Shown: positions 51,851 to 62,528, counted from the stretch's first letter. The stretch: 64,000 nucleotides of DNA from an uncultured Chloroflexia bacterium (GCA_963711405.1 CAVQDZ010000001.1:176722-240721), one strand, 5' to 3'. Made by a program: numbers and translations. Notes: generated by a model from the sequence alone, not told the origin.

Positions 51851-52804
51851 TTGCGTCAATCGGTTGACGGAACCAAGGGAGAGGACGTGACCGACTCACC
51901 ATCTGGGCGCAACCCAGACACATCAACCAATGACTTCGAGGCCCAACGACTGCACCTGCGCGCCGTCGCCTATCGCATGCTCGGATCGATGGCCGAGGCG
52001 GACGACGTCGTCCAGGAAGCCTGGCTGCGCTATCGGCGCGCCGACACGACGGACGTCGAGAACCTGCGCGGTTGGCTGACAACGGTGGTCGCGCGTCTGT
52101 GCCTGGATGCGCTCCGGTCGCGCAAGTCGCGCCGTGAGGACCTGATGGGTTTCACGCTGCCCGAGCCACTGCTGAGCGCCAGCAGTGGGCCGGATCCGGA
52201 GCAGCAGGTGATCCTGGCCGACGCGGTCGGGGTCGCGATGCTCGTCGTTCTCGACCGGCTGTCGCCCCCGGAACGCCTCGCGTTCGTGCTCCACGATGTG
52301 TTCGGCGTGCCCTTCGAGGAGATCGCGCCGATAGTCGACAGGACGCCGGAGGCGGCGCGCCAGCTGGCCAGCCGCGCGCGGCGACGGGTACGCGGCGCCA
52401 ATGCAGAGTCAGACGTGGACGTCACCCGTCAGCGACGGATTGTCGATGCGTTTCTGGCCGCCGCGCGCGACGGCAACTTCGCGGCGCTCGTCGCAACCCT
52501 CGATCCGAACGCAATCGCGCGTGCTGATTTCGGCCGCTCGCCAGCCGATGCATCAACCGCCGGTGGCGAGTTCGAAGTGCACGGCGCCCACGACGTGGCG
52601 ACGCAGGCGCTGATGTTCCGGCGCCTCGCGCCAGGTGCGCGCCCGGCCGTGGTGAACGGCGGCGCCGGCATTGCCGTCTTCGCCGGCGATCAGCCCTATG
52701 CCGTCCTGGCGTTCACCATCCGCGACGAGCGCATCACGGAGATCGACATCCTCGCCGACCCTCTCCGCCTGGCCCGCATCGACTTCGCCGTCCTCGACGC
52801 CTGA
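51851..52804 (+). CDS. ECF41 (SigJ-like) RNA polymerase sigma factor with C-terminal SnoaL-like extension
   Basis: Regions 2 and 4 (VVQEAWLRYRRAD...; LSPPERLAFVLHDVFGVPFEEIAPIVDRTPEAARQLASRAR). The approximately 100-aa C-terminal extension (...NGGAGIAVFAGDQPYAVLAFTIRDERITEIDI) is typical of ECF41. Confidence 0.7.
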   Translation: MRQSVDGTKGEDVTDSPSGRNPDTSTNDFEAQRLHLRAVAYRMLGSMAEADDVVQEAWLRYRRADTTDVENLRGWLTTVVARLCLDALRSRKSRREDLMGFTLPEPLLSASSGPDPEQQVILADAVGVAMLVVLDRLSPPERLAFVLHDVFGVPFEEIAPIVDRTPEAARQLASRARRRVRGANAESDVDVTRQRRIVDAFLAAARDGNFAALVATLDPNAIARADFGRSPADASTAGGEFEVHGAHDVATQALMFRRLAPGARPAVVNGGAGIAVFAGDQPYAVLAFTIRDERITEIDILADPLRLARIDFAVLDA

Positions 52805-53004
52805 CGACCTTCCGCTCGTACCAGCGCTAGATCTAGGCCGAATGGCACTGTTTCGATGGCCATTTTCGACGTACCGTGCGTCCGCAGGGTCGCCACCGCG
52901 AGCGGCATTATCATCACGCGCGGTGCGGGACGATTGTTGCCCGCGAGGTCGTTGGCACTGGGGGAGCAGAGTTGGTACGGCGCGGCATTAGACGGTTTGC
53001 ATTG

Positions 53005-55220
53005 ATGGCCTCCATGGTGGCCATCGTCGCTGTCACTGGTGCGCCGGCCGCCATGGCAACTGCACCGACGACAACAACGACGGAGCTCAGCGCTCCTTCG
53101 ACCGCCTATCTGTGGGTCGACACCCCCGTCGTTGCGACTGTGAGCCCGATCCCCGATGGCGGCCAGGTCGAATTTCACTACACGTCGAACGGCAGTTCAA
53201 ACCCCGATCAAGTCGCCGGATCCGCGTCGGTTGACGAGGCCGGCAACGCGACGTTCACCTTCTCGTTCACCGCAGTACGGACGTACACGGTCTGGGCGAT
53301 TTACACGGGCACTAGCTTGTTTGGGTCCAGTCGGAGCACCAGTCACGCAGTCGATGCCGATCGACAACCAGTGGACATCAGCCTCGTGGTAGATACCCCC
53401 ACCATCCACGCCGGGGACGACTTTGTGGCCAGGGTGACCGTCGACCCGGCCCCGGATGACGCACCCTTCGATCCCGCAACCGTCCATTTCGCACTTTCCG
53501 CGCATGGCCAAGGTGCGACATATACCGCGGAGGTCCTTCCAGATGCGGTGACTGGCGTTGCGACACTCGCGGTGCATTCGTCCAGCTTGATACCGGAGCG
53601 GTGGACGGTCAGCGCATGGTTCGGGCCGACGCCCAAGTACAAGGCCACGCCAACCAAAGCCGACACGTTCCGCTTTGAGCCTGTGCCGCCCTTGGTCGAC
53701 CTGGATATTTCGCCCTTAACGGCGTATGTGGGTGATCCGGTGACGATCACGGCGACGGTTGACCCGACGCCGACAGGTGGCGGTTCGATCGAGCTGTTCG
53801 AGATGGGACCGGTCGGGGTCGATCCCGTTTCCATCGGATCGGCGCCGGTAGTTGGCGGCTCGGCCCAGTTCATCCGTTCATTCGACCAGAACGAAGGTCT
53901 GCAGCTGAGAGCGGTCTTTTCAGGCACGGCGACGTCGGCGCCATCCCAGAGCCCCATCACGGAGCGAAAGCAAATCGGACCGCCGTTCGACTGGATAGGT
54001 TCGGGGCCGAACACATGGGACGGAAGATCGACTCCGACGTTCGTCTTTGACGACATCAACGATCCGTTCTATCAACGCTCCGTCTCCGACGAGTGCGCGA
54101 TCGACAGCGGCGCCTGGACGAGCTGCGCCTCGCCGTATACGACGCCTGCGCTCGCAGATGGCCTGCACACATTCCGGGTTCGTGGAACGGATGCCAACGG
54201 TCACGTTCAGACGAACCCCGACTCCAGGACATGGCACGTTGACACGACGCCACCGGACGTGACGATGAAGCTCAACGGTGGAAGCTTGTGGACGAACAAC
54301 CCGGTGGTGACGGTTTCTTTGGCCGCCACCGATCAGTCCTACCCGACCGAGTACCGACTCGACAACGCTCTGACCTACGACGACCAGGGTCTGCTCAATG
54401 AGAACGGGCCGTTCCAGACGTACGTGTCCACGACCACCTGGGACACCACGTACGCGCTACAACACGGGACTCCGGGGGACGGTGTCAAGACCGTCTACGC
54501 GCAGGTAAGCGATCTCTTGTTCCACTGGTCGGCCATCGTGTCCGCGTCCATAACGCTGGATCGCGGCGATCCAGTCGTAGATCAACCAACCGCCGCCATC
54601 GCCACTGGCGCCCTGGGGTCCATGATCCCGATCGCCATCAACTGGCGCAACGCCACTGATGCGGTGTCTGGTGTCGCTTCGCGGGCGTATCAGCGCAAAG
54701 TTGGCTCCGGCAACTGGAAGCCAATCACGACCGTCCCGTCGATCGTCGCCGCACCTGACGCGCTCACGCCCGGCTCGACCTATCGCTACGAGCAGCGTGC
54801 CGTCGACAACGCGACGAATGTGGGCTCGTGGTCGGCCGTGCTGGTCTGTAAACCGCAGCTCCGGCAGGAAAATGCGGCGGGCGTCACGCATTCGTCTGGC
54901 TGGACGCGAAAGTCCGTCAGCAGTGCATCCGGGGATACGTCCTACGGAGCGCTAAGACCGGATCCTGGGTGAGGACCACGTTCACGGGCAGCTCCATCGG
55001 ATGGGTGACGACCGTCGGACCGACTATGGGGCAGGCGGCGATCTATATCGACGGGGCAAGCAGGCCCGTCCAGACGCTCGACCTGGCTCGTTCGTCTGCT
55101 GCAACTCGCCAGATCGTCTGGAGCCACGACTTCGGCGCCGCCGGCAAGCACACGATCGAAGTTCGTGTCACTGGCGGAACAGTCGACGTTGACGGGTTTG
55201 TTTTGCTGGCCAAGCCGTAG
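53005..55220 (+). CDS. large secreted protein with repeated Ig-like (bacterial Ig) beta-sandwich domains, with a frameshift near 54960
   Basis: ATG 53005 gives a signal peptide MASMVAIVAVTGAPAAMA. Repeated ...VTITATVDPTP... modules follow. The C-terminus continues in ORF 54969..55220. Confidence 0.5.
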
Positions 55221-55227
55221 TCGAGCG

Positions 55228-55599
55228 CTAGCCCTCGCGCGCCGGCTCCCAGAGCTCGAAGCGGTTGCCCTCGGGGTCGGTGGCCCAGCCAAAGCGGCCC
55301 AAGTCCCCGTAATCCTGGGCTTCCTCGACCTTCGCCCCGCCCTCGCTAAGTTGGGCGAGCATCGCGTCAAGGTTGGCGACGCGGAAGTTGATCATGTATT
55401 GCTGATTGCGGCTGCCGAAGTACTCGGTGTCTGCCGCATGTGCGCTGACGACGGTGACGCCCGCCTCGGTCATCCACGGCGCGCCGTTGCCGGCGTCATC
55501 GAACGTCTCAATGCCCAGGTTGTCGCGGTACCACTCAGCCAGCGCCTTCGGATCCTTCGCCCGAAAGAAGATGCCACCGACTCCCAGCGCGCGCTCCAT
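55228..55599 (-). CDS. VOC (glyoxalase fold) family protein
   Basis: 123 aa. GGIFFRAKDPKALAEWYRDNLG...ATDPEGNRFELWEP. Confidence 0.6.
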   Translation of the reverse strand: MERALGVGGIFFRAKDPKALAEWYRDNLGIETFDDAGNGAPWMTEAGVTVVSAHAADTEYFGSRNQQYMINFRVANLDAMLAQLSEGGAKVEEAQDYGDLGRFGWATDPEGNRFELWEPAREG

Positions 55600-55613
55600 G
55601 CGGGTCGCCTCCC

Positions 55614-56566
55614 TTATGCCTGGTCGACCAGCGGTTTGACCTCGCCGATGAAGCGCTCGAGGGTCTCGTCGTCATAGGGCGCGGCCATCTCGGCGATCGC
55701 CTCCGTGAAGCCGATCTCCTTGCGCGCGATCAGGTACTCCGCGACCAGCTCGCAAGGCCCGTTGACGAACGTGATGTCGTCCTCGATGTGGCTCAGCGCG
55801 GTCTTGTTGTGAGCCATCTGCGCACGCATGACCTTCTCCGCCTCTGCCACCGAGTTGCGGATGACGGGCTTGAGAGCGGTCGTCTTGATGATCGTGTTCG
55901 GGTCGCGGTTGACGTCCTCGCAGTGGGCCATGAGCACTTCCATCTTGTGCTGCAACCTGTCCGGCTTGCCCATGCCGTTCCACATGTCGGCGTACTTGGC
56001 GATTGTGCGCAGCGTCTTGCGCTCGCCACTGCCGCCGATCATCAGCGGCACGTGCTGCTGAATCGGGAGGGGCTCCTGACGCAGATGGTCGAACGTGGTA
56101 TCGGCCGCCCGGTTCTGAGGTCACCTCGCCACCATCGAGGAGTGTCCGAATCGCGACCGTGGCCTCATCCATCCAGTCCAGCCGCTCGCCCGCGCTGTGG
56201 CCAAAGTCGATGCCGTGGCGGTCGTGCTCGTACTCGAACCAGGCGCCGCCCAGGCCCATGATTGCCCGGCCGTCGGAGATGTGATCGAGCGTGGTGGCGA
56301 GCTTGGCTACGAGCCCCGGATTGCGGAACGTGTTGGCACCGACCAACAGCCCCAGCCTGACCCGAGTCGTCGCCTTCGCCCACGCGCCGAGCGGAGATCC
56401 AGCCCTCGAAGATGGGCTGCTGCGGCTCGCCGAAGATCGCGTGCAGGTGGTCCCACGTCCACAGGTGCTCGTAGCCCAGGTCGTCGACCTTCTTGGCCGC
56501 CCGCTCGAACTCCGGCCAACTCGCAGCCTGCGACCAGAGCAGCACACCCAACTTGAAGTCATCCAT
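55614..56566 (-). CDS. LLM-class (luciferase-like) F420-dependent oxidoreductase, with at least two frameshifts
   Basis: MDDFKLGVLLWSQAASWPEFERAAKKVDDLGYEHLWTWDHL is in ORF 56165..56566. ...RLGLLVGANTFRNPGLVAKLATTLDHISDGRAIMGLGGAWFEYEH is in the frame of ORF 55672..56562. ...PLMIGGSGERKTLRTIAKYADMWN... is in ORF 55614..56051. Confidence 0.7.
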
Positions 56567-56613
56567 GCCGAAGCCTAGCGCGGGGTTACCGGATCACCTC
56601 GAACGGTCGCCAT

Positions 56614-58023
56614 TCAGGAGCGGCAAGTCGCGCGGGTCGTCGATGAGGCAGGCACCGACTCCCCGAAGCGGCATCGAGGATCTCGATGACGCGGCTCGGG
56701 CGAAACGGACGCGCCGTAAGAATGGCGTGCATACCGCTCGGTGGCGCCATGAGAATGCGGCGATCCTGTCGTTGCCGGGTGTGCGGCGCCGCGGTTGATC
56801 CAGGCGGTGACCCGGCCTCGTCCGGCTGAGCCGGGTGGCCAGGCGCCGGCGCGCATGAAGCGGCTCGCCGCCACGAACCAGACGATGAGTAGCAGCGCGT
56901 TGAGCGCGAGCGCCAGACCCCACGGCGGCAGTGGCAGGAAGCCGATCGCAACGGAAATGACCGCGCCGGCGGCCATCGCCCAAAGCAGCGTCCTGTAGAC
57001 GCCGCGGTCGCGCTCGCCGTCGACGAACGACAGGACCGTGCCGATCTCGGCAATGAGCAAGACCGCGACCGCGCCCGCCAGCAGCCATGCCGTCGACTGC
57101 GGCGTGACCGCGGCGTCGGCGCTCTCAACGAGCCCCACCATTGCCGCGCCGGCGGCGGCGATGGCCAAGGTTATGGGCAAGTGGCTCAGGATCCAGGCCG
57201 TGATGGCAGGGCCGCTCTTACGCGATTGCCGGCCACCGACGATGTCGAAGTAGATCCACCACATGCCCAGGCCGATGACGAGTGCCACGATCCCCGTCGC
57301 GATCGTCTGGAAGTTCTGCGGTGCAGTCGTAAGCCCGGCCACGACGCCGACGACGACCTCACCCAGGACGATGAGCGTGAACGTGTCCAGGCGCTCGACC
57401 AACGACTCGGTTGGTGGAATGCCGAATGCGAACGTGCGTGTGCGAGTACCCAGAAAGACCATGGCCGCGAGCCACAGCGCCACGAATGCTGCCCAGACAT
57501 CCACTCGGACGTCGGGTGGCAGAAAGGCGCTGATGGCCATGACCACGGCCGAAACGAACATGATCGAGGCGTAGCGCCGGGTACTGCGCGCAAGCTCGGG
57601 CGTGTCGAGCTTGCTGACGGAGTAGAAAAGCCAGCCGACGAGCAGCAGGAACGCGACGTAGGTAAGGGCGAACTGCGCGCCCGAGTCACCCGCGGCGTTG
57701 CCGGTGAAAACGGCGAGCAGGCACAGCAGGCCCATCTGCACGAAGACGTAGGTTCGAGTCCTGCCGTCCGCTCGGCCGTGGAGCTCCAGGTAGAGCGTGC
57801 CGTTGATCCAGCCGATCCAGACCAGGCCGAACAACACGATGAAGTCGAACAGGCCGGCCGGAGTCAGGTTGTTGCCCAGCGCGCGCGTCGTCTGGGCTAT
57901 GACGGCGACGTAGACCAGGTCGTACAGCAGCTCGACGGGACTTACGCGGCGGCCCTCGATCGTCTCGCCGTGCGCCCGTGGCCGAGCCCAGAACCAGCGC
58001 CGAAAATCGGAGCCCAGCCGCAT
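56614..58023 (-). CDS. low-temperature-requirement A (LtrA) family membrane protein; C-terminal roughly 65 aa may be read-through
   Basis: Internal ATG 58023 (MRLGSDFRRWFWARPRAHGE...VSPVELLYDLVYVAVIAQ) matches the LtrA N-terminus. 10+ TMs. The ORF-track start 58257 overlaps the GYD promoter region. Confidence 0.6.
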   Translation of the reverse strand: MRLGSDFRRWFWARPRAHGETIEGRRVSPVELLYDLVYVAVIAQTTRALGNNLTPAGLFDFIVLFGLVWIGWINGTLYLELHGRADGRTRTYVFVQMGLLCLLAVFTGNAAGDSGAQFALTYVAFLLLVGWLFYSVSKLDTPELARSTRRYASIMFVSAVVMAISAFLPPDVRVDVWAAFVALWLAAMVFLGTRTRTFAFGIPPTESLVERLDTFTLIVLGEVVVGVVAGLTTAPQNFQTIATGIVALVIGLGMWWIYFDIVGGRQSRKSGPAITAWILSHLPITLAIAAAGAAMVGLVESADAAVTPQSTAWLLAGAVAVLLIAEIGTVLSFVDGERDRGVYRTLLWAMAAGAVISVAIGFLPLPPWGLALALNALLLIVWFVAASRFMRAGAWPPGSAGRGRVTAWINRGAAHPATTGSPHSHGATERYARHSYGASVSPEPRHRDPRCRFGESVPASSTTRATCRS

Positions 58024-58138
58024 GCTCACGGCGCGTAGGTTAGCCGCGGCGACGACTGGAAAAGAGGTGACGTCGAAACCTCGCCAAGTCGGTAGGGTTA
58101 GGACCACTGAGTCGGGGGGCTGAAGCAGGAGAATCGAC

Positions 58139-58459
58139 GTGCCCAAGTACATGTTCCATGGCTCGTACAGCGCCGCCGGCGGCGCTGGTGTGCTCAAGGA
58201 TGGCGGCACAGGTCGCAAGCAGGCGGTTGAGGTCCTGGCCGCAAGCGTGGGCGGCAAGCTCGAGTCGATCTACTGGGCACTCGGCGATGACGACTTCTAC
58301 ATCGTGTGCGAGATGCCCGACTCCCATGCCGCGGCCGCACTCGCGATCGCCGTCTCCGCCACTGGCGCCGTGACCACTTCGACCTCCGAGCTCTTTGACG
58401 CGGCCGATCTGGACGACATCATTTCGCGCCGCGCCAACTACCGGGCGCCCGGCGCATAG
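58139..58459 (+). CDS. GYD domain protein
   Basis: MPKYMFHGSYSAAGGAGVLKDGGTGRKQAVEVLAASVGGKLESIYWALGDDDFYIV matches the GYD family pattern. Confidence 0.7.
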   Translation: MPKYMFHGSYSAAGGAGVLKDGGTGRKQAVEVLAASVGGKLESIYWALGDDDFYIVCEMPDSHAAAALAIAVSATGAVTTSTSELFDAADLDDIISRRANYRAPGA

Positions 58460-58470
58460 GTTCCGCGCCG

Positions 58471-59374
58471 ATGGCCATACCGCAGCCGGGCATCTTTGCC
58501 CTGGGCACGAACTCGCACGCGTATCTCGAGTTCGATATTGCCTCGGGCAAGGATCCGGCCGCGGCCGTCGCCGCGGCTGCGGGATTGCGCGAGCCACGCA
58601 CGACGATTGGTGGCGTCAACCTCGTCGCGGGTTTCCGTCCGGAGCTGTGGGCTTCGAGCGGACAGTCGGCGCCAAAGGGGATCACCGGCTTCAACACGCC
58701 GGTGGTCGGAAGCGACGGCTTCACCCTGCCCGCGACCCAGCACGACATGGTCATGTGGCTGAGTGGGCCTTCGTACGATGTCGTCTTTGACCTGTCGCGG
58801 TCCGTCGTGGACGCGCTGCACGACTACGCGACGCTGGCGTACGAGATGGTTGGTTGGCCGTATCACCACGACCGTGACCTGACCGGCTTCATCGATGGCA
58901 CGGAGAATCCGCCGCTGATCGAGGCCGTCGGGCGCAGCCGTCATCCCGACCGGCAGCGCCGGCGCGGGCGGTTCCATCCTGCTTCTCCAGCAATGGGAGC
59001 ACGACATCCCGGCGTGGGAGGGTCTGCCGATCAAGCAGCAGGAACACGCCATGGGCCGGCGCAAGAGCGACAGCGTGGAGCTCGACCCCAAGCCACCGGC
59101 GTCGCATGTCGGGCGGACGGACCAGGACCGACTGGGCAAGATCTTCCGGCGTAACGTCGCGTACGGCGACGTGCAGCGCCACGGCACGGTCTTCGTTGGC
59201 TTTTGCGCTCAACAGGAAGTCCTGGCCAAGATGCTCGAGGCGATGGTCGGCCTGGACGGCGGGCCGCGTGACGAGCTGACACTGTTCACACGCGCGCTGA
59301 CCGGCGCGTACTACTTCATCCCGGCCGCGGACGCGCTGGCGGCGCTGGGCAGTGGAGGGGAGGCGAAGAAATGA
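58471..59374 (+). CDS. DyP-type (dye-decolorizing) peroxidase, with a frameshift near 58930
   Basis: GFIDGTENP is the proximal-His region motif. The N-terminal ferredoxin-like half is in ORF 58471..59154. The C-terminal half continues as ...SILLLQQWEHDIPAWEGL...MGRRKSDSVELD... in ORF 59051..59374. Confidence 0.7.
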
Positions 59375-59865
59375 CGCATTCGGGCGACCAAGTGCCGGAG
59401 CGACCCGCCACGAGCGACTGGCGGACGGAAATCGAGGCCGAACGTGCGGGTTGGTACGAGCTCGTTGAGCTGGTGCGCACGCTCACGCCGGCGGAGTGCC
59501 TCGTGCCCGGTTACTACACGGATCCCGATTGGACCGTGCGCGACCTGGTGGCACACGTTGGCACGTGGCTGGCGCAGGCGGAGGTGCAGCTCGAGCGCAT
59601 GGCCGGCGGCACGTACGAGGGCCACGACATAGACATCGACGCGGTCAACGCGCAGATGCTCGAAGGGATGCAGGGCCAGCCGTGGGAAGTGGCCTGGACG
59701 CTGGCCAACTCGGCCCGGACGATGATGCTCCAGGACTGGTTTGCGCTGAAGTCGCGTGATGACGAGGCCGCGTGGTGGGTGGAGAAGTCGGGCGCGCACC
59801 ACTACGGCCAGCACCTACCCCGGCTGCGCGAATGGGTCCCGGAGCTGGTCGCGCGCCGCGGCTGA
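59371..59865 (+). CDS. DinB / MDMPI_N-like family protein
   Basis: ATGA overlap with the DyP stop. WTVRDLVAHVGTWLAQAEVQL carries the His motif of the DinB fold. Confidence 0.55.
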   Translation: MTHSGDQVPERPATSDWRTEIEAERAGWYELVELVRTLTPAECLVPGYYTDPDWTVRDLVAHVGTWLAQAEVQLERMAGGTYEGHDIDIDAVNAQMLEGMQGQPWEVAWTLANSARTMMLQDWFALKSRDDEAAWWVEKSGAHHYGQHLPRLREWVPELVARRG

Positions 59866-59882
59866 TCTCGCGCCGCGGCTGA

Positions 59883-61061
59883 TCAGTTCAGGGCGACGAC
59901 GATCACCCTGGCGGACCAGGCACTCCAGCCCGCGCCGTTGTGGGCGCGAACCCTGATCGCCCAGTCGTAGGTCTCATCGAGCGTGAGCTGCGCGGCGAGG
60001 CTGCTGCCGGCGACTGTCACGACCGTCGGGCCGGGTGCTCCCGCATCAGCGTCATACGGCTTCGCCTTGACCTGGAACTGGTCAATCGGGCTGTCGCCCG
60101 GATTGGTCGGCAGACCCCACGTCACGCCCAGGTAGTTCGCCCCAAGCCAATGCGCCGCGACTGTCCTTGGCACACCCGGCTTGGTCGTGGCCGCGCCGGT
60201 CGTGACCTGGATCGGGTCGCTCGGCGGGCTCGTGCCGGCGGCGTCCGTGTTCGTGACCACGATGCTGTAGGTCGTCAGCGGTGCCAGTGGACCCAACGTC
60301 GCGCTCGTGGCGTTGCCGCTGACGGGCGCCACGATCACGGCCGTGCCACCTTCCGGCGTGGCGGTGATGGTTGAGCCCGTGATGATCGCGGCCGTGGTCG
60401 GATCAGGCGTCCAGCTGATCGTGTACTGTCCGCCACTGAGCGTGGCGGACACGCCGGTCGGGGCGTTCGGTGCAACAACGCTCAACCAGGCGTGGTACGC
60501 GCAGGTCGTGGCCATCGATGTCGCGCAGGTCGCGGTCGCCGTGTTGTAGGTGGTGTACATCTGGTCGGAGTGCGCGTCCGTGTACGTGGCCGATGCATCC
60601 AGCGCGGGAGCCCCGGCGAGCACGGTATAGCTCAGCAGGTTGGCGCCAAAGTCCCACGTCGCGCTCAGCCACCGCGAGTACGTCGTCACGTGGTAGCCAC
60701 CGCCACGTCCGCTGCCGCCGCACCGCGTCTGCATGTACACGGCGCCTGTTGGATTGCCAGTGACGGCGTCGAAACCGGCGGCGATCGACTGCTCCTGGAT
60801 GCCGCCACACGAGTGGCCCAGAACGGCGAACGCCGTTGCCTGCGACACGACGAGCGGAACCGGCGTGCCCGCCGCGGCGACGTTGGCGATGCCAGCGACA
60901 GAAAGGCACGCGAAAACGAGAGCCCCGACTAACAGCCTGCGCAGTGAGGTCACGGTACCCCTACAGCCTTGCGCTACCCCCGTCGCCATCGTACGCCGAC
61001 CAGGCGTCGAGAATTCATGTGAGGCGATAGTCCCAAGCGGTGCGGACACGCGCCGGACCAT
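59883..61061 (-). CDS. secreted protein with fibronectin type III-like domains
   Basis: N-terminal hydrophobic signal LLVGALVFACLSVAGIANVAAA. Thr-rich beta-sandwich repeats (YTISWTPDP..., YSIVVTNTD...). The start may be an internal GTG near 60945. Confidence 0.5.
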   Translation of the reverse strand: MVRRVSAPLGTIASHEFSTPGRRTMATGVAQGCRGTVTSLRRLLVGALVFACLSVAGIANVAAAGTPVPLVVSQATAFAVLGHSCGGIQEQSIAAGFDAVTGNPTGAVYMQTRCGGSGRGGGYHVTTYSRWLSATWDFGANLLSYTVLAGAPALDASATYTDAHSDQMYTTYNTATATCATSMATTCAYHAWLSVVAPNAPTGVSATLSGGQYTISWTPDPTTAAIITGSTITATPEGGTAVIVAPVSGNATSATLGPLAPLTTYSIVVTNTDAAGTSPPSDPIQVTTGAATTKPGVPRTVAAHWLGANYLGVTWGLPTNPGDSPIDQFQVKAKPYDADAGAPGPTVVTVAGSSLAAQLTLDETYDWAIRVRAHNGAGWSAWSARVIVVALN

Positions 61062-61131
61062 CTAGGCGAGTATGGTGGTCGCTCGCCGCGATGCGCGGTG
61101 GCTCAGCGTTATCGACAGAGGGAGGTCACTA

Positions 61132-61335
61132 GTGGCCACCGGCGTAGTCAAGAAAGTCATCGCCGATCGCGGTTTCGGCTTCATCACCGCCGACGACGCG
61201 AAGGACTACTTCTTCCATCGCGACTCGCTCGATTCGTCGCTCAACTTTGATCGCCTCAATGGCGGCGAGAAGGTTGAGTTCCAGATCGAGCAGAGCCCGC
61301 GCGGCCCGCGTGCAACGAACGTGAAGGCCGCCTAA
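61132..61335 (+). CDS. cold-shock protein (CspA family)
   Basis: GTG 61132 with RBS gagggagg. VATGVVKKVIADRGFGFITADDAKDYFFHRDSL...GEKVEFQIEQSPRGPRATNV. RNP1-like GFGFI is present. Confidence 0.8.
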   Translation: MATGVVKKVIADRGFGFITADDAKDYFFHRDSLDSSLNFDRLNGGEKVEFQIEQSPRGPRATNVKAA

Positions 61336-61354
61336 GGCACCGTCCGCACAACGG

Positions 61355-61386
61355 AGGCCGCCCGCAGCGATGCGGGCGGCTTTTTG
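61355..61386 (+). terminator. intrinsic terminator after csp
   Basis: ggccgcccgc-agcgat-gcgggcggc followed by TTTTTG. Confidence 0.7.
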
Positions 61387-61470
61387 ATTCAGCGGGAAGT
61401 CCTGGGACCTGTGCAATCGGCCGATCAAGGCGTACCGTTTTCTCCTCGGGGGTCAAACGGGAGGCGACGT

Positions 61471-61605
61471 ATGACCGACGACGACGAGGTCTTTGGGCAG
61501 GACGACGAGCTGCCGGCATGGATGGAAGAGGACCAGGACGAGATCCCTGAAGAGCTCGACGGGCTCGACGATGAGGGACTCCTGGACCCGGATCCCCAGC
61601 CATGA
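61471..61605 (+). CDS. small highly acidic protein (44 aa, Asp/Glu about 45%)
   Basis: RBS gggagg, 6 nt, then ATG 61471. MTDDDEVFGQDDELPAWMEEDQDEIPEELDGLDDEGLLDPDPQP. The stop overlaps the next start (ATGA). Confidence 0.4.
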   Translation: MTDDDEVFGQDDELPAWMEEDQDEIPEELDGLDDEGLLDPDPQP

Positions 61606-62528
61606 GCGCCGATGGACGGGTCGGGGTGCTCCCCGATGGCCAGGTCAAATTTGTGTCGCAGCGGCCCAAGCCGTACACGAACTGCATGTTCGCGGCCGTG
61701 TGCGTCCCGCTCAGCTTCATGGGCTATGACCTGCCCAGTGATTTCGTGGCTCAGCTGCGTGACAAATCCGGTGTGCCGCGCGACAGGGCCACATCCACAG
61801 CAGACACGCGCCGGGCGCTCGCGCAACTCATCCCGAACTGCCCGATCGTGTACGGCGGGCTCGATGACAACGTCCTTCTTCAGCGTCTGGCGAACCGCGA
61901 GATCGTCACGAGAGTGATGGTCGATGTGGGCAAGCTGCCCATGGACAGCAAGGTGAGGAGTCACTTCAAGCCCACCTACACAGGCGGTCACGCGGTCGCC
62001 CTTGGCGGCGCGAGCCAGAATCCAGACGGCAGCTTCGACGTCCTGTGGATAGATCCCATGGGCAGACCGGCCAACACCTACGACGGCATCACGGTTCCCT
62101 ACTCAACCATCAAGGACGCCTTGCTGCGCACGCCCAGTCAGAAGGTCCGCGTCACCTACGGCACGCGCAACGCGGCCCTGTCGGAGAAAGCGGACGAGGT
62201 GAGCAGGGGCCGCACCGGCATGTTCGCCGGCGGCCCGCTGACCAATCCGCCGGTCGACCCGAGCGGAGCTCATGCGGTGATCCTGACCCGGGGCAAACCG
62301 AACGAGTTCGCATCGATTGATAAGGGCACTCCGTTCCTGAATCCAATCACCATGGCCGTCGTCACGCACGCCGGCGAAAAGGCTGATTTCCGGCTGGCAG
62401 GCCGATCAACGGACGGAAAGTTCGCGGGTGTCTGGGTCAGCACGGGCAGGGTCAAGGGCGCTCGCGGCCCGACTTTGCTGATCGTCGATCGCGAGCTGAT
62501 CGACGTCCCCTTCTCCAAACCCGGGTAG
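61602..62528 (+). CDS. papain-like C39-type cysteine peptidase domain protein with uncharacterised C-terminal domain
   Basis: QRPKPYTNCMFAAVCVPLSFMGY resembles the C39 nucleophile region (Q..DCGxAALAMILxYYG). TGGHAVALGG...FDVLWIDPMG resembles the C39 His / Asp region (H-VVL-G....I-DP-G). Residues about 180-308 have no recognisable family. Confidence 0.45.
   Translation: MSADGRVGVLPDGQVKFVSQRPKPYTNCMFAAVCVPLSFMGYDLPSDFVAQLRDKSGVPRDRATSTADTRRALAQLIPNCPIVYGGLDDNVLLQRLANREIVTRVMVDVGKLPMDSKVRSHFKPTYTGGHAVALGGASQNPDGSFDVLWIDPMGRPANTYDGITVPYSTIKDALLRTPSQKVRVTYGTRNAALSEKADEVSRGRTGMFAGGPLTNPPVDPSGAHAVILTRGKPNEFASIDKGTPFLNPITMAVVTHAGEKADFRLAGRSTDGKFAGVWVSTGRVKGARGPTLLIVDRELIDVPFSKPG

Noticed and set aside
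59300-59374. DyP C-terminus ...AADALAALGSGGEAKK as an encapsulin cargo-loading peptide
   Set aside because: It resembles SLxIGSLK-type targeting peptides only weakly. No encapsulin shell gene is present nearby.
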